The position numbers were made by a program, and so were the translations under genes. A stretch of DNA of 63,348 nucleotides, filler included, from Octopus bimaculoides (taxonomy: Eukaryota): NCBI RefSeq assembly GCF_001194135.2. It is 6 parts of 6 records of this genome, joined end to end, with 100 filler letters (N's around TTAATTAATTAA, not from the genome) between each part and the next. Parts side by side here need not be neighbours in the genome. Positions count along the whole stretch, not along the records: positions 29,192 to 45,788 come from NC_068996.1; positions 45,889 to 51,576 come from NC_068993.1; 4 more parts are not named here. The stretch is one strand, 5' to 3'. The number at the start of each line of letters is the position of its first letter. Position 1 is the first letter of the stretch. The notes under the pieces were generated by a model that saw only the letters and a list, made by a program, of their open reading frames with translations, was not told the origin of the DNA and ran no database searches. Positions 35,612 through 47,951 of this stretch are shown in pieces.

Positions 35612-35925
35612 GAGACCCCCTTCGTCATGACTGACCATGGAAATGCACCTAGAATGTTACCCTCCCAGGCACAAGTCCAGGCAAGGTTGTTTATGGAAGA
35701 CCAGCAGTCTCCCATGCATGCCGGCCTCCCCTCTCCACGCCACCAGTGTTATCCAAAGGCCGATACAGCTTGGCGCATGTGACGTCGCAACTCAGCTACG
35801 TGAACTGGAGCAACGGGAAATGAAATGTCTTGCTCAAGAACACAACACGCAGCCCAGTCCGGGATTCGAACTCACAACCTCACGATCGTAAGCTTGACGC
35901 TCTTACCACTGGGCCATGCGCCTTC
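35612..35925 (-). mobile_element. SINE family F (tRNA head, TTCTTGAGCAAGACA block, distinct tail)
   Basis: Reverse complement GAAGGCGCATGGCCCAGTGGTAAGAGCG...GAGTTCGAATCCCGG. Confidence 0.8.
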
Positions 35926-36598
35926 ACCAATCCCTACATATCGCCTTTATAATGCAGGCTTTGCAATGCTCCAAACTGACCCCCTTCAATTTTGTGTATT
36001 GTAATATGAGTTCGTATGACAGGCCAAACAGACCGATACTTTCACTTATGCTGTTGTCATCGATAAGAGTTATATTCTACAACACGTAAGAGCGGGCCTC
36101 CTTCAAAAGTTCCGTTGATAACTGAAATATTTTTTGAAGAGGTTGATTACTATCCTCCCCTTCCTTTTCTGATAACGATGGATTTTACTCGGTTCTATAT
36201 TGAAGCCGGACATTTTTTTCTCTGAAAGTTCAAAATTTCCATCTTGCTGGCAACACAATTAGAATAGAATTTTTTATTGTTTTTGTTGTTACTATTTTGT
36301 TGATCTTATATGACCTTGTCCGTGTTTGTCATGATGCGTGATGTGTGCTTTGGTTTCTGTTCCTTATGATGGTGTATATCTAGTTAACTCAGTTGATTGA
36401 ATAGCTGAATATTCATCGTCGAAATCAACGGAGGATCCATTCATTCAATCATTGAAGTGCAAGAAGTATTTGTTAGTGAGAAATTATTTTTCTTTCTTGT
36501 GTTGAAATTTTTAAAGTACGAATATTTATGCTATCATGTTTACATGAGTTTTGTTTACCACTGTGTTGAAATTTTGGGAGCGTACAGACTTAGTCGCC

Positions 36599-36638
36599 AT
36601 GTTTGAAATGCCTGACGACGAAAACAAATTGAGCCAAA
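36599..36638 (+). CDS. Candidate short coding exon (MFEMPDDENKLSQ)
   Basis: GTCGCCATG start context and AAA|GTAAGG donor; no homology recognised. Confidence 0.2.
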
Positions 36639-36843
36639 GTAAGGTTTAATTTTTATTTTATTTTATTTTATTTTATTTTCAAATAGGGAAAAATACTATT
36701 AATAAAATCTTACCTCTCTTTAAACACAATTTGTGCAAAATGACAGTGTTAAGAAGAAGGAGGAGGAGGAGGAGGAGGGGAGGAGGAGGAGAAGAAGAAG
36801 AAGAAGAAGAAGAAGAACAACAACAACAACAACAACAACAACA

Positions 36844-36874
<31 letters not shown>

Positions 36875-36904
36875 CGACAACAACAACAACGGTCTCAAAT
36901 TTTG

Positions 36905-39900
36905 ACACGCGGCCCTTCCACAGAAATTGGAAGATCAAGTGCTTCAGCTTGATCAGCGACGAAGAAGAGCACGGGACGTCGGGCGATAGCAGATGACAGA
37001 AGCGATGAACGCATTCGTCGCCTCCATTCAACGCTTTATGGACCACTCCCTCTCAGCCCCTTTCTTGTCTGCTTGAAGGTCCGGACCAAATCAGACGCTG
37101 AGCAATTTAACCGGTCCTTCCGTCCGGCATCCTTCAACGCTGTCGCTTGGTATGGACCTGTCTCTCTAGGTGCTGAGTTGCAGGCCCATCGACTTGTCCT
37201 GATTAATCTTTGCTCATGCCACCGCTTCGAACTCCCTTAAGGTAGCGCTGATCACCTCGATTTCCAAGCTGTTCGACACTATTACGGTGACGTCGTCCGC
37301 GTAAGCTGACACGAACTTACCGCATCCTAGATCACGCGGGATGCCCCTCGAAACATTCAACTTACTTAGTAATGTCTCGAAAGCCAGCACGTAAAAAAGA
37401 GATAAGAATGGGCATCTTTGACGGGCCGAACGAGCGATGCCAAACTATTCCGATAGGTGGCCGTTTACCTTGACCACTGAACAAACGTCACTGTACATTG
37501 CAACGATCCAGCTTCTGAAAATGGGGCCGAGACCGGCCGCCGCGAAGACATTCTCCAAGTACTGATGGTCGACCTTGTCAAAGGCTTTTGGTTGATCCAT
37601 GATGTAGCGAGTGAGGTGGAGGTTGTAGATAGATTTGTTCATGATAGCGCATGTCAGCACGTCGCTGACCAACTTATCGATGACAAGTGCAAACCTTTTG
37701 GCTTAACACATTGGCCAAAATCTTATAATCTGCGTTCAGCAGAGTTATGGGCCTAAAATTATATATTTTGTCCCCCTTGTTCGAGTCCTTTTTCAGCATC
37801 ACTACCACATCACAGTTCACGGTACTGGGTATTTTCCCGTTCTCCTGCCAGTTGCGGTAGACATCCGCCAAGAGATCGCCGAACAAGTCTGGCATATGAT
37901 GATACAGCTCGAACGATAGACCATCCAGCCTCGGAGATTTCTCCCTTGTGCAGCCCCTCATCACGTTCCATATGTTTTCGGCTGTTATCGGTATTTCGCA
38001 GAACTCCGCATCTCTGGCCGAATGGTGCGACATACTGTCAAGGTAGGAGGTCACTGTCCGTCCCCCGTCTCACCCGCGCACCCTGAACAGTTCGGCGAAG
38101 TGCCACTGAAATTCCGTATACATCTATTTGCTTATGTCCACACTGACGCATTCGGGAAATCCAGTCGATATCCGTCAGCCAGTTGGAAGCGGCTGAGCAG
38201 GTTTGTGAGGCTTTTATATTCCCTATCTTATCGGCTATTCACACCCTATCAAGGTGTGCATCCAAAATGGCATTTCAATCGCCCACTCGCTCTAAAGAGC
38301 GTGACATCCCCAAAAGACTTCCAGGGATCTGAAGAAATCCTGCTGCTCCACCCCAGTCGGAGAATACGCAGCACAGTTTAAAAGCACCATCTTCACTATT
38401 GCTCACATCCAGGACCACCAGCTTACTATCCCAGTCCAGAAAGTTCGTCCGAACCTCGAGATCCAGGCCTTTCCTAAACAGCACTACCACCCCGCCTCAA
38501 ATCATGTAAAGTAAAGGCTAAATCGCATGTATCAAAAATTCTGGTTTCCCTGACGGCCGTTACGTCCAAACTTAGTGACCTGAGGTCTTTAAGGAGGCGG
38601 ACTTGCTTCCACGAACATTTAAACAGCCCACTCTAATCATCACCATGCCGGCCGAAACGAGTTGTAAGAAAGAAAAAGAACGGCATTACTTATCTTGCCG
38701 GTTCTGTTGGCGGCCAGATGGCCGGCCCTCCAGATCTGGTTGGAGGTTCTCTGGGAACCCCTTTAAAAGTCTTTTTGATGCTATTATATGAGAGGTTCCC
38801 ACTTCGTGGGGGAAGACCTCCCGAATGTTTTCGTAAGTGTTAACGGCATACACGTTAACAACAGCTCTCCTGGCACTTTAAGAGTGCTAGTGTCATGAAT
38901 TTCCCCCTCTCTCTCTAACTCTTTATTGTAAGCTATGAGGGTCATTAGACATTTGTTTGATCTCCTCACTAGCACAAAATTTGGGATCTGTGAATTTATC
39001 AGTTCTTCAGGCAGCTTTCTTTTGGGGGCAAGGTAGGGTTATGGTGGTGTTAGTTGTTCTGGTGGCGGTAGCTTTGTTGTGTTGGCGGATGTGCAGCTGG
39101 AGGGATTGTAGTTTATGTGAGTATATGTTGTGCGCGCATTTTCTGTGTTGTCCGATGCGTGTGTTGGTGTGAGGCCGGATGTTTTTCTCCTGCACGTTCT
39201 TTTTAATTTTTATGGCTTTTGTAGTTCCTCTACATCTTCGCTTTGAGATGTGTAGGAATCATAGTCTCTGTAGTCCCTGATAAGGGTGCGTGTGTGCTTG
39301 TGTTTGTGTGGGTGTCTATGTGTGCGTGTGTGTTTGAGAGAGGGGGAGAAGGAGAGCCGTTGATGGATCTCTCTGTTGAAGTTCTTGTCAATTTTGGTGG
39401 TGACGGTGGTGATGGTGCTGTTGGAGCTATTATTACTGTTGCTACTGCTTCTGTTGTTTCTTATACTGTTTCCTGCTGCTACTTCTGGTCCTTCCACCTC
39501 AGATTGAACTGCTGCTGTGGTTCTGCCTTGAGATGCTGTTGTCGCTTCACTTTTTTTCCCTGTAATGATATTGTTGTTGGTTTTGACATTGACAGTGAGG
39601 ACCTCCTCTCTCTTCTCCTGTTATTGTTTTGTGGACAGAACGCCTGTAAATGATTTGTCATGCCAAGATTTGTCATGACATAGAATCTCGGACGTCTGTC
39701 TTCCACAGTCGCTCTCAAAACAGTTCAATTCGGCTGAGAGATCAGGTCAGGGATCCTCTCCAGATGGTTTGGCTTTACATGGAGCAGCACTGCAGTGTAA
39801 TACCTGTCCGGTTCTCCCTCCTTCATCTCTTGACCTCCAGGCGAGTGTCACTCTCATTTATTACTACACAAGCGAGTAACCACCACATATCTAAATTCAA

Positions 39901-40660
39901 GATTTAGCCGCATTCGCCAATTTAGAGGCTTTGTCCTCTAGGGAGAGAACAAAGAGTTCTTTTGAGGCCACAGCGCCTGCGAAAGAAGTCTTGTTGTTGT
40001 TAGTGGTGGAGGTGTGACCACTTTCTCTGTTGCTACCATCGCTATTACTAGCGCTGCTTCCAACCACTCCGCTTCCACTACTACTGTTGCTCTTGCCGTC
40101 ATCGCTTGAGTTGCTGTTAATGTTGCCGTTACTGCAACAACTGTTGCTGCTACTGCTACTATTCTTGTCACCTTCACTGTTCATACTGCTGCCAGTGCCA
40201 CCATTGCTGCTGCCAGTGCCACCACTGCTGCTGTCGCTTCCACTACTACGACTGCCGCTATTGTTGTCGCAATCGCTCTTACTACTGTCGCTCTCTCGCT
40301 TCGCTTGACGGGATAAACTTTGGTCTGTTTCCATCTCTTTTGTCTCCTTCCCCTTTTTCTGCATTATTTTTGGTAAGAGAAGGAAGAGGAGGGAAGTCTT
40401 CAGCTGTAAGAAAACTGGTGGGGGAGGAAATGTTTTTTCTTTTAGTTACTTTAAGGTGGACGCCACCATCTTGTTGAAATTGTTGTTTGTAAACGCCTCT
40501 TGTGTGAATGTCCGGAGGACCGATTATTGCCCCTCCTTGCAGAGTCAAACAACCACAGATAAGCCAGTAACAAGTTCCTGATGTTTTCGGTAGCAAATTG
40601 GGACAAAAATTTCTCACAAAAAACAGCACCAAACAGGTGTAAATAATGAATATAATGAAG
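36905..40660 (-). mobile_element. Decayed L1/Tx1-clade LINE (ORF1 with degenerate CCHC knuckle; ORF2 APE and RT), 3'-truncated
   Basis: RT motifs SPRLDGLSFELY, NFRPITLLNADYKILA, KAFDKVDHQYL, SAYADDVTV and LIFQFLWKG. APE-like VVLFRKGLDLEV...VGD. ORF1 RRPRF...HLQAFCPQ. Multiple stops and frameshifts. Confidence 0.9.
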
Positions 40661-41167
40661 ACTTACTTAGAGCGTTCGAAAGCAGGTGCGTCGTACTCTG
40701 CAGATAATAATAGATGCTGTACCAGACAGTGGCTTCCATAGCTTCTCATCTTAACTGACTGGAAGTGTTATCATATACACTGTTTGTCTTGGTATAAAAG
40801 ATGGGTTACAGCAAATATTCTGCTCAATACCACAGATTTGCTTGACAATTGTTTGGCCTTAACTAGTTGAGCATGTCCCTTAATGGCTGACGATATGTGC
40901 ATCTCTGATCACGAGCAGAAGTAGTAGGGGAGCATTACAGCCATGTGTTGAGATGAATTCTTTGAAGTTTTGATAATTTACCTCTGAAAACATGGGTGTT
41001 TCGTTCAACATCCTTAAACATCCCTTATTCAGGAACCTTTTGGGCGGGATGGGCTACTCAACCTGATGAAAATTGTAACTGGGCCCCACCGGAAAGGTCA
41101 TGCACTGTTAATCTGGATATGAGATTACCATGCCGCGCACAAGTAGGTTGTGATGCGTGTGCCTGGT

Positions 41168-41363
41168 TCCACAAGGGCAGCTTGGGAGAGGGGGTTAAGT
41201 CGATTACATCGACCCCAGTGCGTAACTGGTATTTATTCAATCGATCACGAAAAGATGAAAAGCAAAGCCGATCTCGGCGGAATTTGAACTCAGAACGTAG
41301 CGACGAGTGAAATACCGCTAAGCATTTCGCCCGGCGCGCCAACGATTCTGCCAGCTCGCCACC
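41168..41363 (-). mobile_element. SINE family A, full length, head abutting (AAT)n
   Basis: Reverse-complement match to 52323-52531. Confidence 0.9.
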
Positions 41364-41447
<84 letters not shown>

Positions 41448-41599
41448 GTGATTTCTGATTTAAATACAAAGCCAGAAATTTTTAGGGGAGGATGTAAGTC
41501 AATACTATCGAACCTAGTAAACAACTAGTACTTTATTCTATCGACCGCGGGAGGATGAAAGATAAAGTTGACCTCGGCAGGACGGAAAGAATTATGTAA

Positions 41600-41900
41600 G
41601 ATCATTGACTTTGCAAAGAAATTGAGGAAACGGGACATAGCCAGAGAGATGGAGAAATTGTAGAAGATAAAGTCGACAATTGTTCATGTAGTAATTAATG
41701 CGCTAGGCACAACCCTAACCCTAACCTAACCCTAACCCCAACTCTAACCCTAACCCTAAAAGACTGGAAGATATTGAAAATGAACCTCGTATTGTCGACC
41801 GGCAGAAAAGTGCAATCTTTTGCAAGAACCCTAAAGCTGATTCTTGGAATTTGGGGAGGAGACTTGTCAGCAAGATCCTTGGGAAACAGCCCTGATAAAA
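41600..41900 (+). mobile_element. Decayed R4/Dong-type RLE C-terminal fragment
   Basis: DIAREMEKL*KIKSTIVHVVINALGTT...KRLEDI...QKSAI parallels DLEIEVTRMWNLKTETIPIIVGALG...IQKIAL at 53911-54264. Confidence 0.6.
41711..41759 (+). repeat. Interstitial telomere-like (CCCTAA)n, ~8 imperfect units
   Basis: AACCCTAACCCTAACCTAACCCTAACCCCAACTCTAACCCTAACCCTAA. Confidence 0.85.
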
Positions 41901-41939
41901 TGAATTAGCATCAAATATGTTTTGTACTATTAGTATTAT

Positions 41940-41973
41940 TATTATTGTTGTTGACAGTAGTAGTAGTAGTAGT

Positions 41974-42046
<73 letters not shown>

Positions 42047-43004
42047 AATTGATGATGATCATTATTATGGTTAGGAGGAGGAGGAGGGGGAAGAGGAGGA
42101 GGAGGGGGAAGAGGAGGAAGAGGACGACGACGACGACGACGAGGAGGAGGACGACGACGACGACGATGACAACGATGACGATGACGACGACGACGACGAC
42201 GACGATGACGACGACGATGACGAATTGTTACAAGGACATAATGCCAGAAATTTCGGCAGTTTGTTGATTGAATCGGTCCCTGTGATTGATTCTTTATTTT
42301 AATGACCCTTTCGCACCCCCAATACCACCCCCACAAGCTCCCAGATCGATGAAAATGCAAAGCTGACATCGGCAAAAGCTGATTTGCACTTAGAACGTAA
42401 AAAGAGTCAGAGAGAGAGGAGAAAAAACAGAAAAAAAAAGAAACAGATATTAGTTGAGGTGGGGTGGAAACAGTTGAATAAAAACAACAAAACTTCGACT
42501 ATCGCAAGGATGAAACACAAAGAGTCAACCTCGGAAAGATTTGAACGCAGCTGTACCTTCCACCACCATTTCTGCCAACCTTCTATAGTTAAAAACCTTC
42601 TGAAAGAAAAACTTTTAAAAGCTGGGCAAGTGTCAAAGTGTTTGGGTTAAAATGAAACCGTATCCTTTAATCTCTATTCCTGCAATCATTGTTTGAGTTT
42701 TATCTGTATTCTAGATTATTGGGTTGACTTTTGCCACTGATAGCAGTGAGGAATTTACAAACTGAAAGTTGAATTTGGTAACACTTTCAATCCTCTGATA
42801 AGGAACATTATTGTAACAAAAACTGTTATTTTGTTATTCTTGTAGTTGTTTTGTTTTGTCCTTATTTCGTTTTGTTTTTGTTTTCTTTGGGGGAAAAAAA
42901 GTAGGGGAAAAAATGACAAACCAACATAGACAAGAAGGGAAATAATTTTCACTACTGCTTCTGGTGACGTTGCTGTTGTTACGACTGCTACTATTACCAC
43001 TACG

Positions 43005-43035
<31 letters not shown>

Positions 43036-43185
43036 TTGCTACAACCACTACACTATTACAACTACTGTTGCTACTACTACTACTGATGCTGTTGCTATTG
43101 TCGTCGCTGGTGTTGTTGCTGTTGTATTTTGTGTTTTAATTGTTGTTTCCACATAACTGTTTTGCCGGTGTCGCTGCTGCTGCTG

Positions 43186-43217
<32 letters not shown>

Positions 43218-43255
43218 GGTGGTGGTGGTGGTGGTGGCAGCAGCAGCATCATTAT

Positions 43256-43287
<32 letters not shown>

Positions 43288-43292
43288 GTAGC

Positions 43293-43343
<51 letters not shown>

Positions 43344-43783
43344 CGTAGTAGTTGTTGTTGTTGTAGTAGTTGTTGTTGTTGTAGTAGTAGTGGTGGTGGT
43401 GGTGGTGGTGGTGGTGGTGGTGGTGGTGATGGTGGTGGATTTTGTTGCTGCTGGTATTACTGTTAATGTTACTGACGTTGTGGCCATAATCGTAATCATC
43501 ATCATCATCGTCATAATCGTCTTCGTTGTTGTTGCGGTTGTTGTTATTGTTGTTGTTGCTGTTGTTGTTGCTGTTGTTGTTGTTGTTGTTGTGGTGGTGG
43601 TGGTGACGGCATAGTGGTGGTGTTGCTGCTGATGCTGGTGCTGCTGTTGATGACGGTGGTAGTGATGCTGGTGCATGTAGTAGTTGTGGTGGTTGTGGTG
43701 GTGGTGGTGGTGGTGATTTCGATATTCTGTTGTGGCTATGTTATTAATGTTGCTGCTGCTGTTGCTAACTCTACTATTGCTGC

Positions 43784-43816
<33 letters not shown>

Positions 43817-44200
43817 AGCTGTATTGTTGTTGTTGTTGCTGTTGTTTTTATATTTCTTGTAGTTTTTGTAAGTGTTATTTCTGTATTTCTGTCACTGCTG
43901 TGAACTAACCCAAGTTTCGTGCAAATCTCACCGAACGATAAAAGATCTGTATCTTATTGAATCAACACAGAAAAATGTTCAAGATTGTCTGCATAAAATT
44001 GGTAGAGAGTTATTCCGGGGATGGAAAAATCGTAGGAAACATCGAATATGTGTGTATAAACGAAAGAAAGAAAGAAAAGTTGACTAGAAGAAACTGATGG
44101 AGAGGAGTAGAGATGTAGACGGAGGCGATGGGAAGAAAGTTGAAAGAAATAGAATAAATAGATAAATAAATATAAAAGAAAGATAGAAAAGAAAGAAAAG

Positions 44201-44259
<59 letters not shown>

Positions 44260-44345
44260 GTGAGTGAGAGAGAAAAGAAGAAGAAGAAGAAGAAGAAGAA
44301 GAAGAAGAAGAAGAAGAAGATGATGATGATGATGATGATGATGAA
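41940..44345. repeat. Compound trinucleotide/dinucleotide microsatellite block (TAG, CAG, GGA, ACG, GGT, TTG, GA, GAA)
   Basis: Direct reading. Confidence 0.9.
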
Positions 44346-45004
44346 GAAGAAGGGGAAAAAAACCGGCACATTAATAATTGTTCAGTATTTCTGACGATTT
44401 CTTTACGTTGGTAAAAGGAATTAGCAAACCTCCCCACTTCAAATTAGTTTAAGATATTGCCTTGACCTAAGGGTAAAGTTGGTTTGTCCTCCTATCAGAA
44501 GTCACTCGAGAACATTAAATAGGACTTATCGATTGCAAAATGTAAGAGACCCGCTGATATTAGCAATTATTGGCAAAATCTTTTGCGCTCTCCAATGTAC
44601 GTCATAGGCGATCTGCTATCATCATCTCAACTGGGATTCTACGACAGTTTTTGCAGCAGGTTGTGCTCTTTATCATTTGGACGAAAATTGCCGACATATT
44701 ATTGATAAGTTGAGGTTTATCGACAATGGTAATTCTGCTGGAAAAATAGGCTAAAATTTAGTTAATAAGGTAAGAGGTAAGGTCATGCAATTAAACAAAC
44801 AAGCAGCATCAGTTTAAAGCACTTTTCTCTCTGTTAGTGTGTGTATGTGTGTGCGTGTGTGTGTGTTTCTGTGTGTGTGAGAGAGAAAGAGAGAGAGTGT
44901 GTGACAGAGAGAGAGCGGGGAGTGTGTGTATGTATGTACGTACATTTGTCCTTATGTATACGAGTGTCTCTATATATCATTTAAAACAGTTTGATTTGTT
45001 TTCT

Positions 45005-45106
45005 GTGCTACGCATTCCGTACTTCAAGTTTCCGTGCTACGTATTCCGTACTTCAAGTTTCCGTACTACGTATTCCGTACTTCAAGTTTCCGTGCTACGT
45101 TTTCCG
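45005..45106. repeat. 29-bp minisatellite, ~3.5 copies
   Basis: Unit GTGCTACGTATTCCGTACTTCAAGTTTCC. Confidence 0.9.
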
Positions 45107-45129
45107 CAAGCCCATAACGGAACATATAT

Positions 45130-45165
<36 letters not shown>

Positions 45166-45320
45166 TCATACATATATACATATTCATACATATACACATA
45201 TACGCATATAGACATATATACATTTATGCATATATATGCGTGTATGTGTTGTGTTAGTATACCTGAGTATAAATGCTAGACCTATGTATGCATATATGTA
45301 TGAATTTATATGCGTTCCTA

Positions 45321-45358
<38 letters not shown>

Positions 45359-45368
45359 NNNNNNNNNN

Positions 45369-45416
<48 letters not shown>

Positions 45417-45656
45417 ATCTCTGTGTATGTGTGGAGTTGGGGTGGGGTGGGTATTTGTCCTCGAGGGTTAATTTATTGTGAGTATGTGTCCATTCGTTTG
45501 AAATGATGATTCACTATATCGATACTCCGAGTTATTTGCTAATGCTCGTTTGTTCTCGAGACAACTAGTAGAACAACCGTATCGCTTGAACTGGTAGTGA
45601 CAACAAACTTAACAAACTTTGATCAGATAAAAAGTACTCAATTCAAAGATATAGAA

Positions 45657-45749
<93 letters not shown>

Positions 45750-46429
45750 TCTTTTTATTATAGCCACACAGGGCTAAATACAGAAAATNNNNNNNNNNNN
45801 NNNNNNNNNNNNNNNNNNNNNNNNNNNNNNNNTTAATTAATTAANNNNNNNNNNNNNNNNNNNNNNNNNNNNNNNNNNNNNNNNNNNNAAAAAAAAAAAA
45901 AAAATGTGAAAAAGTATGATTGTTTAGTGGATATTGAGTATAATTGCTCAGTTTAAGGGCGTTAAAAAAATAAATAAAAATTAAGGGGCAGATAACTAAT
46001 AAAGGAAGAAAAGGGAAGTCAACCTACTTCTCCACTGAATCATTCAACCACGGTAGTTTCGTTAATCGCAGCAGCTTCCAAGCTTCACCACTAATTCAGT
46101 TCTCAACTAAATTGTAAACTGCTAACAGTTTTAAGGAGGACACCTCCTCAGCTACACTTTAGCATAAGTAGTTTGAGATTTAGTTCAGTAGAAAAAAGTT
46201 ACATCAAAATATCTGCGATCTATAAGTCTTTTAATTTTAAAATAAAAAATATACTTTTCTTTGACTTAAATGATAGCAAAATGTATGAGGAATTCAGAGT
46301 TGTTAGTCGCACTGAACGAAAATTAGTAGAAGAATAGTTATGGGGTGAAATACCACGAAATTTCGTGTAACACTTACCAATAAGAATATTAAAGAATATA
46401 TTGCTAAAATGAATGCTTATATTCGAATT

Positions 46430-46548
46430 CGAGGAGCTGGGAGAAGCGCTAACACACTGGGCGAAATGCTTAACGGTATTCCACTTGTGGTTATGTTTTG
46501 AGTTCAAATTTCGCCTAGGTTGACTTTGCTTTTTATCCATTTCGGAGC
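46430..46548 (+). mobile_element. SINE family A head, diverged
   Basis: GAGCTGGGAGAAGCGCTAACAC...GAGTTCAAATTTC...GTTGACTTTGC. Confidence 0.7.
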
Positions 46549-46998
46549 TATTCAATTTGACGTACAGATTATTTAATTAATTTTTTAAAACTAAACATTT
46601 TGAATCTTCCGATACTGGTACAATGTGTCACATGCAACAGGGTTTGCTCTTAACGTTTTTGATAAAATTTTGTATTTTAGAAGTTATTTCGTCACAAGTT
46701 ACAGGGTGACAATGGACAAATTCGTGTTTAATCAGTGCCAATACACGAAACTCTCAGGTTTTGACTTGCTCTCTGACTTCTGCCGATGATATATATGCAT
46801 ATTATACATATATGTGTAAAAATAAATCTCATCATCTAATCAAACCAATGAAATAACCTCTACTTGGTAGCTCGACACGCTAACAATAGCAGCCAATGTA
46901 TCCTCCTACCCAGTATTTTAGAAGGTAAAATCCTAAATTATTAATTGACACATTATGAATTATCTTATAACAGCAATACCTGGAAAAATCATGGATTA

Positions 46999-47511
46999 CA
47001 TGGAAAAATGGGTGCATGAAAAGTAATATTCTTAAGATTACAATCCTGGAAAAGTACAGGACAAGTTACTACACCTGTAAAAGTATAGGACAAACTATTA
47101 CTTCAAGTAAAGTAAAGAATAAGAAACTTTTTACTTAAAATATTGCAGCTGAAATTAAAATTTGAATATTAAAAAATATGTTAGTATAGTTTACAAATAA
47201 CACTATACTTATTGAAGTAGAATTTGGCTAATATACTACCTTAAATACAGAAAAAAGTGACTAATTAGACAAACTTACAAATTAGCTTAACAGTTTTGTG
47301 CAATAAATTTAAAAGATGAAAACTGTAAAGAGTGATCAATTAGAAGAACTTGCATTCTTTACAGCAATATATTAAGTAAAAAGTTTCTTATTCTTTACTT
47401 TATTTGAAGTAATAGTTTGTCCTATACTTTTACGGGTGTAATAACTTGCCCTGTACTTTTCCAGGTTTATAATCTTAAGAATATTACTTTTCATGCTCGC
47501 ATTTTCCTATG
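46999..47511. mobile_element. MITE with ~150-bp TIRs and TA on both flanks (Tc1/mariner-like)
   Basis: 46999-47152 is the reverse complement of ~47360-47511; TA at 46997-98 and 47512-13. Confidence 0.75.
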
Positions 47512-47639
47512 TATGAAAGTTTTAGTTTAGAATAGCTTTATTAAGGAATGATTTTGATAGTTTTGGCTCATCTTTAACCGGCGTTATGAACAATTACCTG
47601 TATTGAGTTTTGTATTAATAAATCACCTTTGATTCTTTT

Positions 47640-47951
47640 TGTTAAAATTCCGGCGACAAGGATTAAGTCTGGATTTCACACCCGTATAGTTCGTGAATTT
47701 AGAGGATTTAGATTTGCAATACTATCCCTTTATTTCCTATCGTAGATAGCAGATTCTTAAAGATATCGCTCGAACATTCATAGCAAAACAAGGCACAAGG
47801 CCAGACTTTAGATCGTGTAGGTGCATTTTTATCCACTCCGATGTTTATACATGGACAGTTATACGGCGCTATGAGTACAGCAGCGGACCCCAGTAATTTC
47901 AGAATTAGTGTCGACCAAACACGAAATATAGTCTACAAAGAAGCTTTGTAA
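47640..47951 (+). pseudogene. PIF1-family (Helitron RepHel-type) helicase C-terminal fragment
   Basis: 47790-47951 translates KAQGQTLDRVGAFLSTPMFIHGQLYGAMS...TRNIVYKEAL*, matching the K(S/A)QGQT...F.HGQLY...S...NIVY.E pattern. The upstream frame is broken. Confidence 0.8.

Noticed and set aside
34627-35925. tRNA-like cloverleaf segments
   Set aside because: They are SINE heads with imperfect stems fused to repeat bodies; not called tRNA genes.
41055-41100. CCTGATGAAAATT…GGAAAGGTC
   Set aside because: No helix II pairing between the two core-like words; chance match.
40690-41165. Complex-sequence block next to the Tx1 5' end
   Set aside because: Probably another interspersed repeat, but it has no second copy or diagnostic motif in this window.
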